NCBI GenBank assembly: GCA_002937505.1
Contig: PTJY01000001.1
Coordinates: forward strand, 472,986 to 536,985
From: Alphaproteobacteria bacterium MarineAlpha12_Bin1
Lineage (GTDB): Bacteria; Pseudomonadota; Alphaproteobacteria; UBA6615
DNA: 64,000 nucleotides
Direction: 5' to 3'
Shown here: positions 9,648-19,433 of the stretch, one piece after another
Layout of the letters: each line of letters opens with the position of its first letter
Position numbering within the stretch: position 1 is the stretch's first letter
Translations under genes and position numbers: made by a program
Notes under the pieces: generated by a model
Told to the model about the DNA's origin: nothing
Database searches by the model: none
The model's input: only the letters and a program-made list of their open reading frames with translations

Positions 9648-10862
9648 GTGATTACAATTATGAATCTAGATTATAAAACGAATAACCCTGTTAAATTAGC
9701 GCAGGATTTGATCAAACTGCCAAGTGTCACGCCTCTTGATGAGGGCGTGATAGAATTACTTAGTGGCGTATTAAAAAAATTAGGTTTCGTTTGCCATATT
9801 AAAAAATTTTCTTCACCCAATACTGATGAAGTCACGAATCTCTACGCCCGTCTAGGAGATCAAAATCCAAATTTTTGCTTTGCAGGCCACACCGATGTAG
9901 TTCCAAGCGGCCCGTCAGAAAGTTGGGATAGAGACCCCTTTTCTGGTCATATAAGTGATGGAAACCTTTATGGCCGGGGCGCAGCAGATATGAAAAGTGC
10001 AATAGCAGCTTTTGTATGTGCTGTTGGAAGAATAACTGAATTATATGGCCCTCCATCAAAATGGAAGTTTCCAGGTTCAATAAGCTTATTAATAACAGGG
10101 GATGAAGAAGGGCCGGCGATAAATGGAACCAAGAAATTATTAGAGTGGCTAGAAAAAAAAGAAGAGGTGATTAGCACGTGCATAGTTGGTGAACCTACCA
10201 ATGAATCAGTGCTAGGTGATATGGTTAAAATCGGCCGCCGTGGAAGCCTCAATGGAACCCTTACAATTAATGGGATACAAGGACATACAGCTTACCCACA
10301 TCTTGCCAAAAACCCGGTTCATCATCTTATTAATATTTTGCAAAGTTTGATTTCTGAACCCCTAGATCAAGGAACAGATCATTTTCAAGCTTCTACTTTT
10401 CAGATGTCGAATATTGATGTGGGTAATCGTGCCACTAATGTTATTCCTGCCTCAGCCATCGCACAATTTAATATAAGATTCAATGATCTTCATACCTCTG
10501 AAAGTATAAGAAAGTTAGTTGAAAAAAGGATTGTAGCAGCTATCGATGAAGAAAAAATAGATTATGAGCTTGATATTCATGTTAGTGGTGAATGCTTTTT
10601 GACGCCACCTGGAGCCCTAAGTAATATCCTAATTTCATCAATTGAAGAGGTAACGGGGAGAACTCCCGTCCTTAGTACAACTGGTGGTACTTCTGATGCC
10701 CGGTTCATAAAAAACTACTGTCCAGTAGCAGAGTTTGGTTTGGTTGGAAAGACGATGCATAAGGCGAACGAAAACGTCCTATGCTCAGACGTTAATGCTT
10801 TAAGTAAAATATATATCTCAGTGATTAAAAAATATTTTCAGTTTGAAGAATTTAATGATTAA
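9648..10862 (+). CDS. dapE: succinyl-diaminopimelate desuccinylase (M20 family)
   Basis: M20 metal ligands (GHTDVVP, ..GRGAADMKS.., ITGDEEG). True start is likely the internal Met (MNLDYK) near 9660. Confidence 0.85.
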   Translation: MITIMNLDYKTNNPVKLAQDLIKLPSVTPLDEGVIELLSGVLKKLGFVCHIKKFSSPNTDEVTNLYARLGDQNPNFCFAGHTDVVPSGPSESWDRDPFSGHISDGNLYGRGAADMKSAIAAFVCAVGRITELYGPPSKWKFPGSISLLITGDEEGPAINGTKKLLEWLEKKEEVISTCIVGEPTNESVLGDMVKIGRRGSLNGTLTINGIQGHTAYPHLAKNPVHHLINILQSLISEPLDQGTDHFQASTFQMSNIDVGNRATNVIPASAIAQFNIRFNDLHTSESIRKLVEKRIVAAIDEEKIDYELDIHVSGECFLTPPGALSNILISSIEEVTGRTPVLSTTGGTSDARFIKNYCPVAEFGLVGKTMHKANENVLCSDVNALSKIYISVIKKYFQFEEFND

Positions 10863-11603
10863 TCAGAGATAATCAACCTGTACTAAATATAAACCATAAG
10901 CAGGTGCTGTTGGCCCTGCTAATGACCGGTCTTGAGCGTTTAAAACGCTTCTAACATCATCTAAGTTCCACTTGCCATATCCTACCATTGTCAGAGTACC
11001 AACTAAGTTACGCACTTGATGTTGCAGAAATGATTTAGCGCTAGTAGTCACCCTTATTTCGTCCCCAATGCGTTCAACTTTTAGTTGGTCAAGGGTTTTA
11101 ATAGGTGATTTAGCTTGACAGCTCGTTGCCCTAAACGATGAAAAATCATGAGTGCCAACAAGAGTCTGAGCTGCCATGTTCATGGCCTTTGCATCGAGGT
11201 GCGAAGGTGTCCACCATATTCTGTTTTTATCAAATGTCGGTGGAGGACGTCGATTTAATATTCGATATAGATAGTGTCTTTTAAGAGCACTAAATCTAGC
11301 ATGAAAATTGCCGTTTACCTCTTCAACTTTTAAAATGGAAATAGGAACTTTACGGAGAAAGTGATTAAGGGCGTCACGTAAAGTGTCCGAAGATATTTCA
11401 CGAGTAATATCACAGTGGGCAACTTGTCCTTGAGCATGCACCCCCGAATCTGTACGCCCTGCTCCGTGTACTTGCACCTTTACTTTAGTTAAATCAAATA
11501 ACGCTGCTTCTAATTCACCCTGAACCGATTTTCCGTTCTGTTGTCTTTGCCATCCAACAAATAAAGTTCCGTCGTACTCTATAGTTAGCTTATAGCGGGT
11601 CAT
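10863..11603 (-). CDS. truA: tRNA pseudouridine(38-40) synthase
   Basis: 246 aa. Catalytic-Asp context (VHGAGRTDSGVHA) and YRI..R motif. Downstream of fmt. Confidence 0.85.
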   Translation of the reverse strand: MTRYKLTIEYDGTLFVGWQRQQNGKSVQGELEAALFDLTKVKVQVHGAGRTDSGVHAQGQVAHCDITREISSDTLRDALNHFLRKVPISILKVEEVNGNFHARFSALKRHYLYRILNRRPPPTFDKNRIWWTPSHLDAKAMNMAAQTLVGTHDFSSFRATSCQAKSPIKTLDQLKVERIGDEIRVTTSAKSFLQHQVRNLVGTLTMVGYGKWNLDDVRSVLNAQDRSLAGPTAPAYGLYLVQVDYL

Positions 11604-12526
11604 GTTAGCAAAGAGCCCGTTTCAATGGAAAATCCACGCAATAAAGTCTCAACTGACATAGGGCGTCTTCCTTCCCTTTGCACAGTCTTGAGCCTTAGAC
11701 TGCCAGTACGACAAGAGACCGTTAGATTATTATCTATAACTACACCTGGTTCACCCGATCCTTCTACGAGCTCTACTTCAAGCACTTTTAATCGAACATC
11801 GCCTAAGTTGAACCAAGCTCCTGGCCACGGTGTAAATGCTCTAACTTTTCTTTCTATTTCCTCCGCTGTTTTATTCCAATCAATGCGGCCTTCTTCTCGT
11901 GTTAATTTTTGTGCATAAGTAATACCTTCTTCTGGCTGTGGTACTTCTTTGAGGCGACCAGAAAAAACCCCTTCTAGCGCCTCCACAATCATTCCTGAAC
12001 CCAAAATTGCCAATTGATTATGAAGTTTTTGAGAGGTTGTAAAGTCACGTATTGGCACTGTCTCTGATAGAAGCAACGGACCAGTATCAAGGCCTTCATT
12101 CATTCGCATTATTGAAACACCTGTTTCTTCATCACCAGCCATTATTGCCCTTTGAATTGGAGCTGCCCCCCTCCATCTAGGAAGTAGAGAAGCATGAATA
12201 TTAAAACAGCCAAACTTAGGTGCATCAAGAATTGGTTTCTTAAGGATAAGGCCGTACGCCACCACTATTGCAGCATCAAGGTTTAGTTCCTTAAATTCTT
12301 CTTGTACGGCCTCATCCGTAAGAGACGAAGGTGTGCAGACCTGTAATCCTAATTCACTCGCAATAGCATAAATTGCTGTTTCTTGAACTTTTTTCCCTCG
12401 TCCTGCGACTTGTGAGGGTTGTGTATAAACACGCACAATTTCATGTCCAATACCTACCAGAGCCCTAAGGGCTGGGACGGCAAATTCAGGCGAGCCAAAA
12501 AAAGCCAATTTCATAAGAATTTCCAA
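11600..12526 (-). CDS. fmt: methionyl-tRNA formyltransferase
   Basis: 308 aa with formyltransferase motifs (HASLLPRWRGAAPIQRAI). Part of def-fmt-truA on the minus strand; overlaps truA by 4 nt. Confidence 0.9.
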   Translation of the reverse strand: MEILMKLAFFGSPEFAVPALRALVGIGHEIVRVYTQPSQVAGRGKKVQETAIYAIASELGLQVCTPSSLTDEAVQEEFKELNLDAAIVVAYGLILKKPILDAPKFGCFNIHASLLPRWRGAAPIQRAIMAGDEETGVSIMRMNEGLDTGPLLLSETVPIRDFTTSQKLHNQLAILGSGMIVEALEGVFSGRLKEVPQPEEGITYAQKLTREEGRIDWNKTAEEIERKVRAFTPWPGAWFNLGDVRLKVLEVELVEGSGEPGVVIDNNLTVSCRTGSLRLKTVQREGRRPMSVETLLRGFSIETGSLLT

Positions 12527-12552
12527 TTAAGAAAGAATGTTTAAACCTTTAT

Positions 12553-13071
12553 TTAAGCAGCCACCTTCTGCTTTTTTAATTTCTTCATCTTACGTAAAAT
12601 AATATTTCGTTTAAGGGGAGACAGATAATCCACAAACAAAATTCCTTCTAGATGATCGATTTCATGTTGTAGGCAGGTCGAAAGTAATCCTTTTGCCTCA
12701 ATCTCTTTTTGTTCACCGAACTCATCTAAATATCTCAAAAGTACATGATTAGGGCGTTTGACCTCTGCAAAGTGCTCAGGAAAGCTGAGACAGCCCTCCT
12801 CGGCAACGATGAGCTCTTCTGACGCACTAATAACCTCTGGATTTACAAGCTTTAATGGTCTTGGGTCTTCTCCTTCCCTTGATACGTCACAAACAATAAC
12901 TCGACGCGTATCACCAACTTGAGGAGCGGACAACCCAACTCCTGGTGCCGCATACATGGTCTCTAACATATCATCCATAAAATCCCTCAAAGGTTGATCA
13001 AACGTTTCTACATCAGAACATTTTATTTTAAGACGAGGATCAGGTGCTTGAATTATAGGCAACAAAGCCAT
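12553..13071 (-). CDS. def: peptide deformylase
   Basis: Motifs GVGLSAPQVG, EGCLSFP and QHEIDHLEG. Confidence 0.9.
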   Translation of the reverse strand: MALLPIIQAPDPRLKIKCSDVETFDQPLRDFMDDMLETMYAAPGVGLSAPQVGDTRRVIVCDVSREGEDPRPLKLVNPEVISASEELIVAEEGCLSFPEHFAEVKRPNHVLLRYLDEFGEQKEIEAKGLLSTCLQHEIDHLEGILFVDYLSPLKRNIILRKMKKLKKQKVAA

Positions 13072-13210
13072 TGATGAGGTTACCTTTCAATTTTGATAAA
13101 TAGTATCATAGATATCAATGATCGATAATTAAGATCTTGATCACTTTTAGTCAAGAAGTGATCCGACTCGGTATATTGCTTGTTATTATCCTCCAAGGAA
13201 GGAATCAATT

Positions 13211-14323
13211 ATGGACCCGCTAACAGCTACAATAGTTACCACGTTAACTCTAGTAATTGTATTTATCGCAGCTCTGTTGGCAGTTAGAGCCAAGACAAGT
13301 AGTCACATATCATTGCTGACCGAGAGATTAACTCAAATAACCGAGTACCAAGCAACCTCGTTGAGTCAACTTTCTCAAAAATTTCAAGAACAAGAGCGGG
13401 CTCTAACTAAATCGATTGATGAACGACTTTCCGCCACAAGCATAAGAGTAAGTGAAACGCTTGAAAAAAACATCAACGTCCAGAAGAGTTCACTAGACGA
13501 CCTAAAAGAAAGACTAGTTCGCATTGACACAGCTCAAAAAAATATTACCGAATTATCATCCCAAATGATCAGTCTTCAAGACATATTATCCAACAAACAA
13601 ACCCGAGGAGCTTTTGGAGAAGTTCAATTACATGATTTAGTGACATCCATACTCCCTCCAAATAGCTATACCTTTCAAGCAACATTGAGCAATAATAGGC
13701 GAGCTGACTGCTTGCTTGATTTACCCGTGCCACCTGGACCTATTGTTATAGATGCAAAATTTCCATTGGAGTCGTACAGAGCACTACAAAGTGCTGAAAA
13801 CGAACAATCTAATAAGCAAGCAAAACGTGCCTTTGCTTCTGACATTCAAAAACACATAACAGATATAGCTGAAAAATACATTCTACCTGGTGAAACAGCC
13901 GAGGCTGCATTGATGTTCTTGCCATCAGAGGCAGTTTATGCAGAACTTCACGCTAATTTTTCTAATGTCGTTGAAAAATCTTATCAAGCCAAAGTTTTTA
14001 TTGTCTCACCAACAACTCTCTGGGCCACCCTAAATACAGTTAGAGCAGTTCTTAAAGATGTACATATGAAAGAAGCAGCTGGGTTAATTCAAAAAGAAAT
14101 TATGTCACTTATAACTGACGTAAGTAGACTAGATAAACGCGTGGGAAATTTACAAAAACATTTTGATCAGGCTAGTGAAGACATGCGTGAAGTAAGAATT
14201 TCTGCTGATAAAATAAACAAACGTAGTGAATTAATCCAAAATCTTGAGGTTGATGATGACGCTGATAAATCTGACGATACAATGAGCCCCATAACAAAGC
14301 CTGAACTGCGGGAAATTAAATAA
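13211..14323 (+). CDS. rmuC: DNA recombination protein RmuC
   Basis: N-terminal TM segment, long coiled coil, and a C-terminal RmuC nuclease-like domain (..MFLPSEAVYAEL..). Confidence 0.75.
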   Translation: MDPLTATIVTTLTLVIVFIAALLAVRAKTSSHISLLTERLTQITEYQATSLSQLSQKFQEQERALTKSIDERLSATSIRVSETLEKNINVQKSSLDDLKERLVRIDTAQKNITELSSQMISLQDILSNKQTRGAFGEVQLHDLVTSILPPNSYTFQATLSNNRRADCLLDLPVPPGPIVIDAKFPLESYRALQSAENEQSNKQAKRAFASDIQKHITDIAEKYILPGETAEAALMFLPSEAVYAELHANFSNVVEKSYQAKVFIVSPTTLWATLNTVRAVLKDVHMKEAAGLIQKEIMSLITDVSRLDKRVGNLQKHFDQASEDMREVRISADKINKRSELIQNLEVDDDADKSDDTMSPITKPELREIK

Positions 14324-14348
14324 CATATAAATCAACTAAGCTAATTCA

Positions 14349-14382
14349 GAACGACTGTTAGTTAAAGTTTAAAACAGTCGTC
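14349..14382. terminator. hairpin between convergent rmuC and recR; possible bidirectional terminator
   Basis: Inverted repeat GAACGACTGTT ... AACAGTCGTC with a 13-nt loop, overlapping the recR stop codon. Confidence 0.35.
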
Positions 14383-14962
14383 GACTATTTATGGCGGTAG
14401 TTAGAGTGCCATCATCAAGGTAATCTAATTCTCCGCCAACTGGCACTCCATGAGACAGTCGAGATACTTTGACATCAATCCTTTGAAGACGTTCAAGAAT
14501 GTAATGGGCTGTTGTTTGTCCAGAAACTGTTGCTCCTGTAGCAAGAATCACTTCTTTCAGTTGAGGTCTTTCAGCTCTTTTCAACAATGTCTCAATATTA
14601 AGATCATTAGGGTTTATTCCATCTATTGCAGAGAGCGTTCCACCTAAAACGTGATAATGACCTCGAAAAACTGATGTTCTTTCTATAGCCCATAAATCAG
14701 CCACTTCTTCAACCACACATATGAGTTCAACATCTCGCTCTTCATCTGCACATATTCGACAAGGATCAATCGTGTCTAAATTTCCACATACACCACAATT
14801 GGAAATTGTACTAGCAGTTGATTGTATAACCTCTGCCAGGGGTAGCATAATTTGATCAGGCTTTTTAAGTAAATGTAGAGCGACACGTCTTGCTGACCGC
14901 GGCCCTAAACCCGGCAATTTCGCTAAAATCGATATCAAATGCTCTATTTCAGAAACACTCAT
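14369..14962 (-). CDS. recR: recombination protein RecR
   Basis: 197 aa. HhH N-terminus (LPGLGPRSARRVALHLL), C4 zinc finger (C.VCGNL....C.IC), and Toprim region. Confidence 0.9.
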   Translation of the reverse strand: MSVSEIEHLISILAKLPGLGPRSARRVALHLLKKPDQIMLPLAEVIQSTASTISNCGVCGNLDTIDPCRICADEERDVELICVVEEVADLWAIERTSVFRGHYHVLGGTLSAIDGINPNDLNIETLLKRAERPQLKEVILATGATVSGQTTAHYILERLQRIDVKVSRLSHGVPVGGELDYLDDGTLTTAINSRRLF

Positions 14963-14977
14963 ACTAAATAAATTGAC

Positions 14978-15304
14978 TTAACTAAAAGGAATATTCATTC
15001 CTGGAGGTAGCTCTATTCCACCAGTCAATTCTTTCATAGCCTCAGCCGACTTAGCCTCAACTTTAGATTTAGCATCTGCGTGAGCAGCTACAATCAAATC
15101 TTCTAGAATTTCGGCTTCATCAGGATTTACTAATGAGTGATCTAATCTAATGTTCTTCATTTCTCCTTTTCCATTAAGAACTACTGTAACTAAACCCGCA
15201 CCTGACGTGCCTTCTACGCTCAACTCTTCTAAACTCTGTTGCATCTCTGCCATCTTAGACTGCATTTGCTGAGCTTGCTTTAACATTTGACCAATATTCT
15301 TCAT
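14978..15304 (-). CDS. ybaB: nucleoid-associated protein YbaB/EbfC
   Basis: 108 aa (MKNIGQMLKQAQQMQSKM..). Conserved dnaX-ybaB-recR order. Confidence 0.85.
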   Translation of the reverse strand: MKNIGQMLKQAQQMQSKMAEMQQSLEELSVEGTSGAGLVTVVLNGKGEMKNIRLDHSLVNPDEAEILEDLIVAAHADAKSKVEAKSAEAMKELTGGIELPPGMNIPFS

Positions 15305-15307
15305 TTT

Positions 15308-17344
15308 TTATTTTTCCTCATTGAACAAGTCATCATCTTCAATTTCTAATAAATTATCTTCATAGCTAGGGTCTGATAATTTGTTTTCAATGCGACTTAG
15401 TACCCGTTCAATTCTTGAGCCAGTAAAAGTTTTTAGTGCAGCTTTAACTACTGGGTCTTGTTCTGCGGCCATCTTTTCTACTTGATCTTTATTTGCGTCT
15501 TGTTCGAATAGAGTGGGGTCACCTTTTACATCTGATACACTTACAATCCAATGGTTTCCTTTCCATTCCCTCAATCGATTCAGAATCTCTCCAGCCAAGT
15601 TCGCCGGCGCTGATTCATTTGGTCTAATTTCCAGGTGACCTGGCGCATACTCTACCAGGTGGACATTCATATAAAGATGATTGCTTATCTGAACCTCTCG
15701 TTTTTCAGCAAATAAAGATATTAAATCTATAAAACTCATTGGATCACTTTTTTGGAGATCTTCCGCTTGAGGTAACAAGTCAAAATCAAGAGCCGCTTTT
15801 GCTCCACCGCCCAGCTTATCACCAGGCGACATGTTGGATACTTGTTTATTGTTAGTGGACTGTTCCGAATTCTCCAGAATGACAGTTGTTTGACTTTTTT
15901 CGATGTTATTTTCAACAACTTTTGATAATTTATCTACTTGGTCCTTTTCCTCATTTGCCTCTTTTAAGCGTGAAATTATTTCTGCTGGGGTGGGTAAATC
16001 TGCAGAATAAGCTAATCTAATCAAGACCATTTCCAAGGCCGAAAGTGAATTATGAGAGTTTTGGACCTCATCCAACCCTTTAAGTAAAATTTGCCAAGAG
16101 CGGGAAAGAACAGAAATTGATAAATTTTCGGCCAACTCTTTACCTCTAACTCTATCAATCTCTGACACAGAGGAAGACTCGGTTGTTCCTGAGACTATTT
16201 TCAATTTTGTGAGCCAGTGGCTAAGATTCAGTAAATCCTGCAATATTAAAAGTGGATCAGCCCCAGAAATATATATGGCGTTCAAAGTTGAAAGCGCTTC
16301 ATTAGTTTTTCCTGACATAGTAGCTTCAAAGATGTCATATAGAGCGCTTTTATCTACAAGGCCCAACATATTACTTACATCAAACTCACTGGCTATTTGT
16401 CCCGAAGAACAGTGAGCTGAAATCGTCTGATCAAGCAGAGACAATCCATCACGCACTGAACCATCGGCAGAACGACATATCACTCTTAAAGCGCCATCAT
16501 CAATATTGACTGTTTCTTTATTTATAATTTTAGAGAAATACTTAAACAGTTGGTCTTCACTGACTCTTCTCAAATCAAAACGCTGACACCGAGAAAGAAC
16601 CGTTAAGGGTACTTTTCTTACTTCCGTTGTGGCAAATACAAACTTTACGTGATCGGGGGGCTCTTCTAGGGTTTTGAGTAGTGCATTAAACGCGTTCCTC
16701 GACAGCATGTGAACTTCGTCAATTATATAGACCTTATATCTACCAAACACAGGTCTGTATTTTACACCATCAAGTATTTCACGAATATCATCTACACCTG
16801 TTCTACTAGCAGCATCAACTTCTATAACATCAGGATGTCTGTCTTGGGCTATAGCCACACACTGCTCATCATCATCTTTGGGTGTTGCAGTAGGTCCCTC
16901 ACTGGCATTTAAACATTTAGCAATAATTCGTGCTGTAGTTGTTTTTCCTACACCCCTAACTCCGGTTAGTATGAAAGCATGAGCTACTCTGTCTAATTTG
17001 AAAGCGTTTGTAAGCGTTTGAACTAAAGAATCTTGTCCGATCAGTTCAGAAAAGTTTTTTGGACGATACTTTCTAGCTAATACGACATAGTCGTCTGGAT
17101 TGTTGTTTTGTTTATCCGCAGTATTTTTTTGAGGATAACTATCTTCAATATCCAGCTTTTCTGAATCATTCAATTCGTTATCAATTTGCTCCGTAGGACC
17201 AAGAAAACTTGGTTGATTCACATCTTCTATTGTAGGTGTACTCGTATAACCATCACCTTCTGATTCATCCGAATGAACAGACTGTGTGTTCTCCAATTTG
17301 AATTCTTTTGAGTCACTAGTCATTGGTAGCCACCAACCCCACAA
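15308..17344 (-). CDS. dnaX: DNA polymerase III subunit gamma/tau
   Basis: AAA+ clamp-loader motifs (GVRGVGKTTTARI, YIIDEVHMLS, SRCQRF) followed by a long acidic tau-like C-terminus. Start may be the Met at 17323 (MTSDS..). Confidence 0.9.
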   Translation of the reverse strand: MWGWWLPMTSDSKEFKLENTQSVHSDESEGDGYTSTPTIEDVNQPSFLGPTEQIDNELNDSEKLDIEDSYPQKNTADKQNNNPDDYVVLARKYRPKNFSELIGQDSLVQTLTNAFKLDRVAHAFILTGVRGVGKTTTARIIAKCLNASEGPTATPKDDDEQCVAIAQDRHPDVIEVDAASRTGVDDIREILDGVKYRPVFGRYKVYIIDEVHMLSRNAFNALLKTLEEPPDHVKFVFATTEVRKVPLTVLSRCQRFDLRRVSEDQLFKYFSKIINKETVNIDDGALRVICRSADGSVRDGLSLLDQTISAHCSSGQIASEFDVSNMLGLVDKSALYDIFEATMSGKTNEALSTLNAIYISGADPLLILQDLLNLSHWLTKLKIVSGTTESSSVSEIDRVRGKELAENLSISVLSRSWQILLKGLDEVQNSHNSLSALEMVLIRLAYSADLPTPAEIISRLKEANEEKDQVDKLSKVVENNIEKSQTTVILENSEQSTNNKQVSNMSPGDKLGGGAKAALDFDLLPQAEDLQKSDPMSFIDLISLFAEKREVQISNHLYMNVHLVEYAPGHLEIRPNESAPANLAGEILNRLREWKGNHWIVSVSDVKGDPTLFEQDANKDQVEKMAAEQDPVVKAALKTFTGSRIERVLSRIENKLSDPSYEDNLLEIEDDDLFNEEK

Positions 17345-17363
17345 TAGAGGCCGAAAAAGAGAA

Positions 17364-17463
17364 GTGGAAGACCGGTTTAATTCGACCCGGGCAAAACTCG
17401 TTACGGCTGCTTCCTTCCGGACCTGACCGGGTTGGCGAGGGGCCCGTCCGACCGACCTTCCGA
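17364..17463 (-). ncRNA. ffs: signal recognition particle 4.5S RNA
   Basis: The minus strand reads ..CCGGUCAGGUCCGGAAGGAAGCAGCC.. The stretch GGUCAGGUCCGGAAGGAAGCAGCC is identical over 24 nt to the E. coli 4.5S domain IV core. Termini pair (GGAAGGUCGG / CCGGUCUUCC). Sits immediately upstream of dnaX, the conserved ffs-dnaX arrangement. Confidence 0.85.
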
Positions 17464-17569
17464 TATTACTATACCAGATCCTTCGCTAAGCGGAACCAAC
17501 TATTTCAAATCAATTGTTGGTATCTTCTTAAACTTATGTAACCTAAAGCGTTGCGATAACCAATCGATT

Positions 17570-18514
17570 ATGAGACTTTCAGAATTTACAGGTGATAGTC
17601 TAATGAACTCAAAAAACTTTTATGCAACTGTAAGCCTTGATAGGCAAGCAAATCGTCGCTCAGACACAGCGTGGATAAATGGAAAACTTAACTCTCAAAA
17701 AAGCAGAATTTTGCCAGTCTGGAGAGATCAAAGCCTAGTTTCAACGGGGAAATCATTTACCGCGGCTTATTTAACTCACGAAAGCCTGCAATCGTTAGAA
17801 TTAAAGGATAAACCAATTTTCTTAGGATCTCTTAATGATTATAGCTATTTTTGTGTAGATCTGAGCCACTTGGATTTACCTATAGAAGAGTTTCAATCAG
17901 GTATAGATAACGATTTCATAGATTTACGGCAAATAGGGGGAGTAATGAGCCCCGATGAGGCAAATTTGCTCGCCTATGCCCGCGGAATTAACTATTGGCA
18001 TAAACGTAACGTCTACTGCGGAGTGTGTGGGAAACTAACAATCGTTGAGGAATCAGGGCACCAACGACGCTGTAAAAACAAAAAATGTAACACTATTCAA
18101 TTTCCAAGAACTGATTCAGCCTGCATAGTCTTAGTGCATAATGGTGATAAAATTATTTTGGCCCGCGCTGACCGATTTCCTCCTAAAATGCAATCGGTTC
18201 TAGCTGGTTTTTTAGAACCAGGTGAGAGCCTTGAAGATTGTGTTGCAAGAGAGGTTTTTGAAGAAGTTGGCATCCACCTAACCGACATACATTATAGACA
18301 TTCTCAGCCCTGGCCTTTTCCCTCATCACTGATGGTAGGTTTCAGAGCTCGGGCAGTAAGCTTTGATTTAAGGCCGGATGAAAAGGAGTTAGTATCAGCT
18401 GACTGGTTTACCCGCAGAGAGCTGAAAGCCATTACCCCAGAATCTGATATTCAATTACCCAGAAAAGACTCTATTGCAAGGAGATTAATAGATGAATGGC
18501 TTGAAGAAGATTAA
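17570..18514 (+). CDS. nudC: NAD+ diphosphatase (NADH pyrophosphatase), Nudix family
   Basis: Zinc ribbon C.VCG...(17)..C.N..C plus Nudix box GFLEPGESLEDCVAREVFEEVG. Start is moved to Met47 of the 17432 ORF because the first 46 codons overlap ffs. Confidence 0.8.
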   Translation: MRLSEFTGDSLMNSKNFYATVSLDRQANRRSDTAWINGKLNSQKSRILPVWRDQSLVSTGKSFTAAYLTHESLQSLELKDKPIFLGSLNDYSYFCVDLSHLDLPIEEFQSGIDNDFIDLRQIGGVMSPDEANLLAYARGINYWHKRNVYCGVCGKLTIVEESGHQRRCKNKKCNTIQFPRTDSACIVLVHNGDKIILARADRFPPKMQSVLAGFLEPGESLEDCVAREVFEEVGIHLTDIHYRHSQPWPFPSSLMVGFRARAVSFDLRPDEKELVSADWFTRRELKAITPESDIQLPRKDSIARRLIDEWLEED

Positions 18515-18555
18515 TTGAAAAAATAAAGCACTCCATTATCGTAATTAATCAAAAC

Positions 18556-19425
18556 CTAGTTTCTCCTATACTCATCTGCAGGAAATGCCCCTATTATTTT
18601 TACCTGTGACGAAAAGTAATCTAATTCCTCCAAAGCTCTTGCTACAGCAGGGTCGGCAGGGTGCCCCTCTATCTCAGCATAAAACCTAGCAACACTAAAT
18701 CGCTCGCCAGTTATATAACTTTCTAACTTAGATATATTAACCCCATTAGTTGCAAACCCCCCCAGTGATTTATAAAGAGCAGCAGGCACTGAACGAACCT
18801 GAAATATCAACGAAGTGACACACGGGCCATCCATAGGATCAGGATCTCGACGAGCTCGAGATAAAACAACGAAACGCGTCGTATTCCCAATTCTATCCTC
18901 AAACCTATCCCGCAAAGGTTTAAGATTATAAATTTTTCCTGCGAGCTCTGGGGCTATAGCAGCTATGGTGGGATCCCCCAATTCAGAGACTTCTTTAGCT
19001 GATCCTGCAGTGTCAGCTCTTGAAACCGGTTTAATTCCCAACTGGCTAATTTGACCTCGACATTGCGCCAACGCCTGAGTATGGCTACGCACTTCCTTCA
19101 ACTTTTCTAAAGAAGATTTTTCGAGCCCAAGTAACTGATATTTGACTGGCAGATAGTGCTCTTTAACAATATATAGTTTTGATTCGGGAAGCAGATAATG
19201 AATATCAGCCACTCGGCCCCCTAGTGAATTTTCTATGGGTATCATTGCTAAATCAGCAGATCTCTCATTTTCTACCGCCGAGAAGACATCTTCAAAATTA
19301 CTACAGGACAAAGGGTTCATATCAGGAAAAACCTCCACACAAGCTATGTGTGAGTTAGAACCAGGAACCCCCTGATAAGCAATTGTTCTCTCTTCGCCTT
19401 CAATGTTATTGCTCTTAGCCGCCAT
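18556..19425 (-). CDS. pheA: prephenate dehydratase
   Basis: PDT domain plus a C-terminal ACT domain (..TRF.VL.. ESRP motif region). Confidence 0.8.
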   Translation of the reverse strand: MAAKSNNIEGEERTIAYQGVPGSNSHIACVEVFPDMNPLSCSNFEDVFSAVENERSADLAMIPIENSLGGRVADIHYLLPESKLYIVKEHYLPVKYQLLGLEKSSLEKLKEVRSHTQALAQCRGQISQLGIKPVSRADTAGSAKEVSELGDPTIAAIAPELAGKIYNLKPLRDRFEDRIGNTTRFVVLSRARRDPDPMDGPCVTSLIFQVRSVPAALYKSLGGFATNGVNISKLESYITGERFSVARFYAEIEGHPADPAVARALEELDYFSSQVKIIGAFPADEYRRN

Positions 19426-19433
19426 TTTTCAAC

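Noticed and set aside
15308-17344. Programmed -1 frameshift site (A AAA AAG) in dnaX producing a gamma subunit.
   Set aside because: The only A/T-heptamer runs on the coding strand lie near the 5' end of the gene, around codons 70-100. None is in the position corresponding to the E. coli site, near codon 430. There is no evidence for frameshifting.
17323-17541. 72-aa plus-strand ORF between dnaX and nudC.
   Set aside because: It runs straight through the ffs (4.5S RNA) gene on the other strand. The RNA assignment is far better supported.
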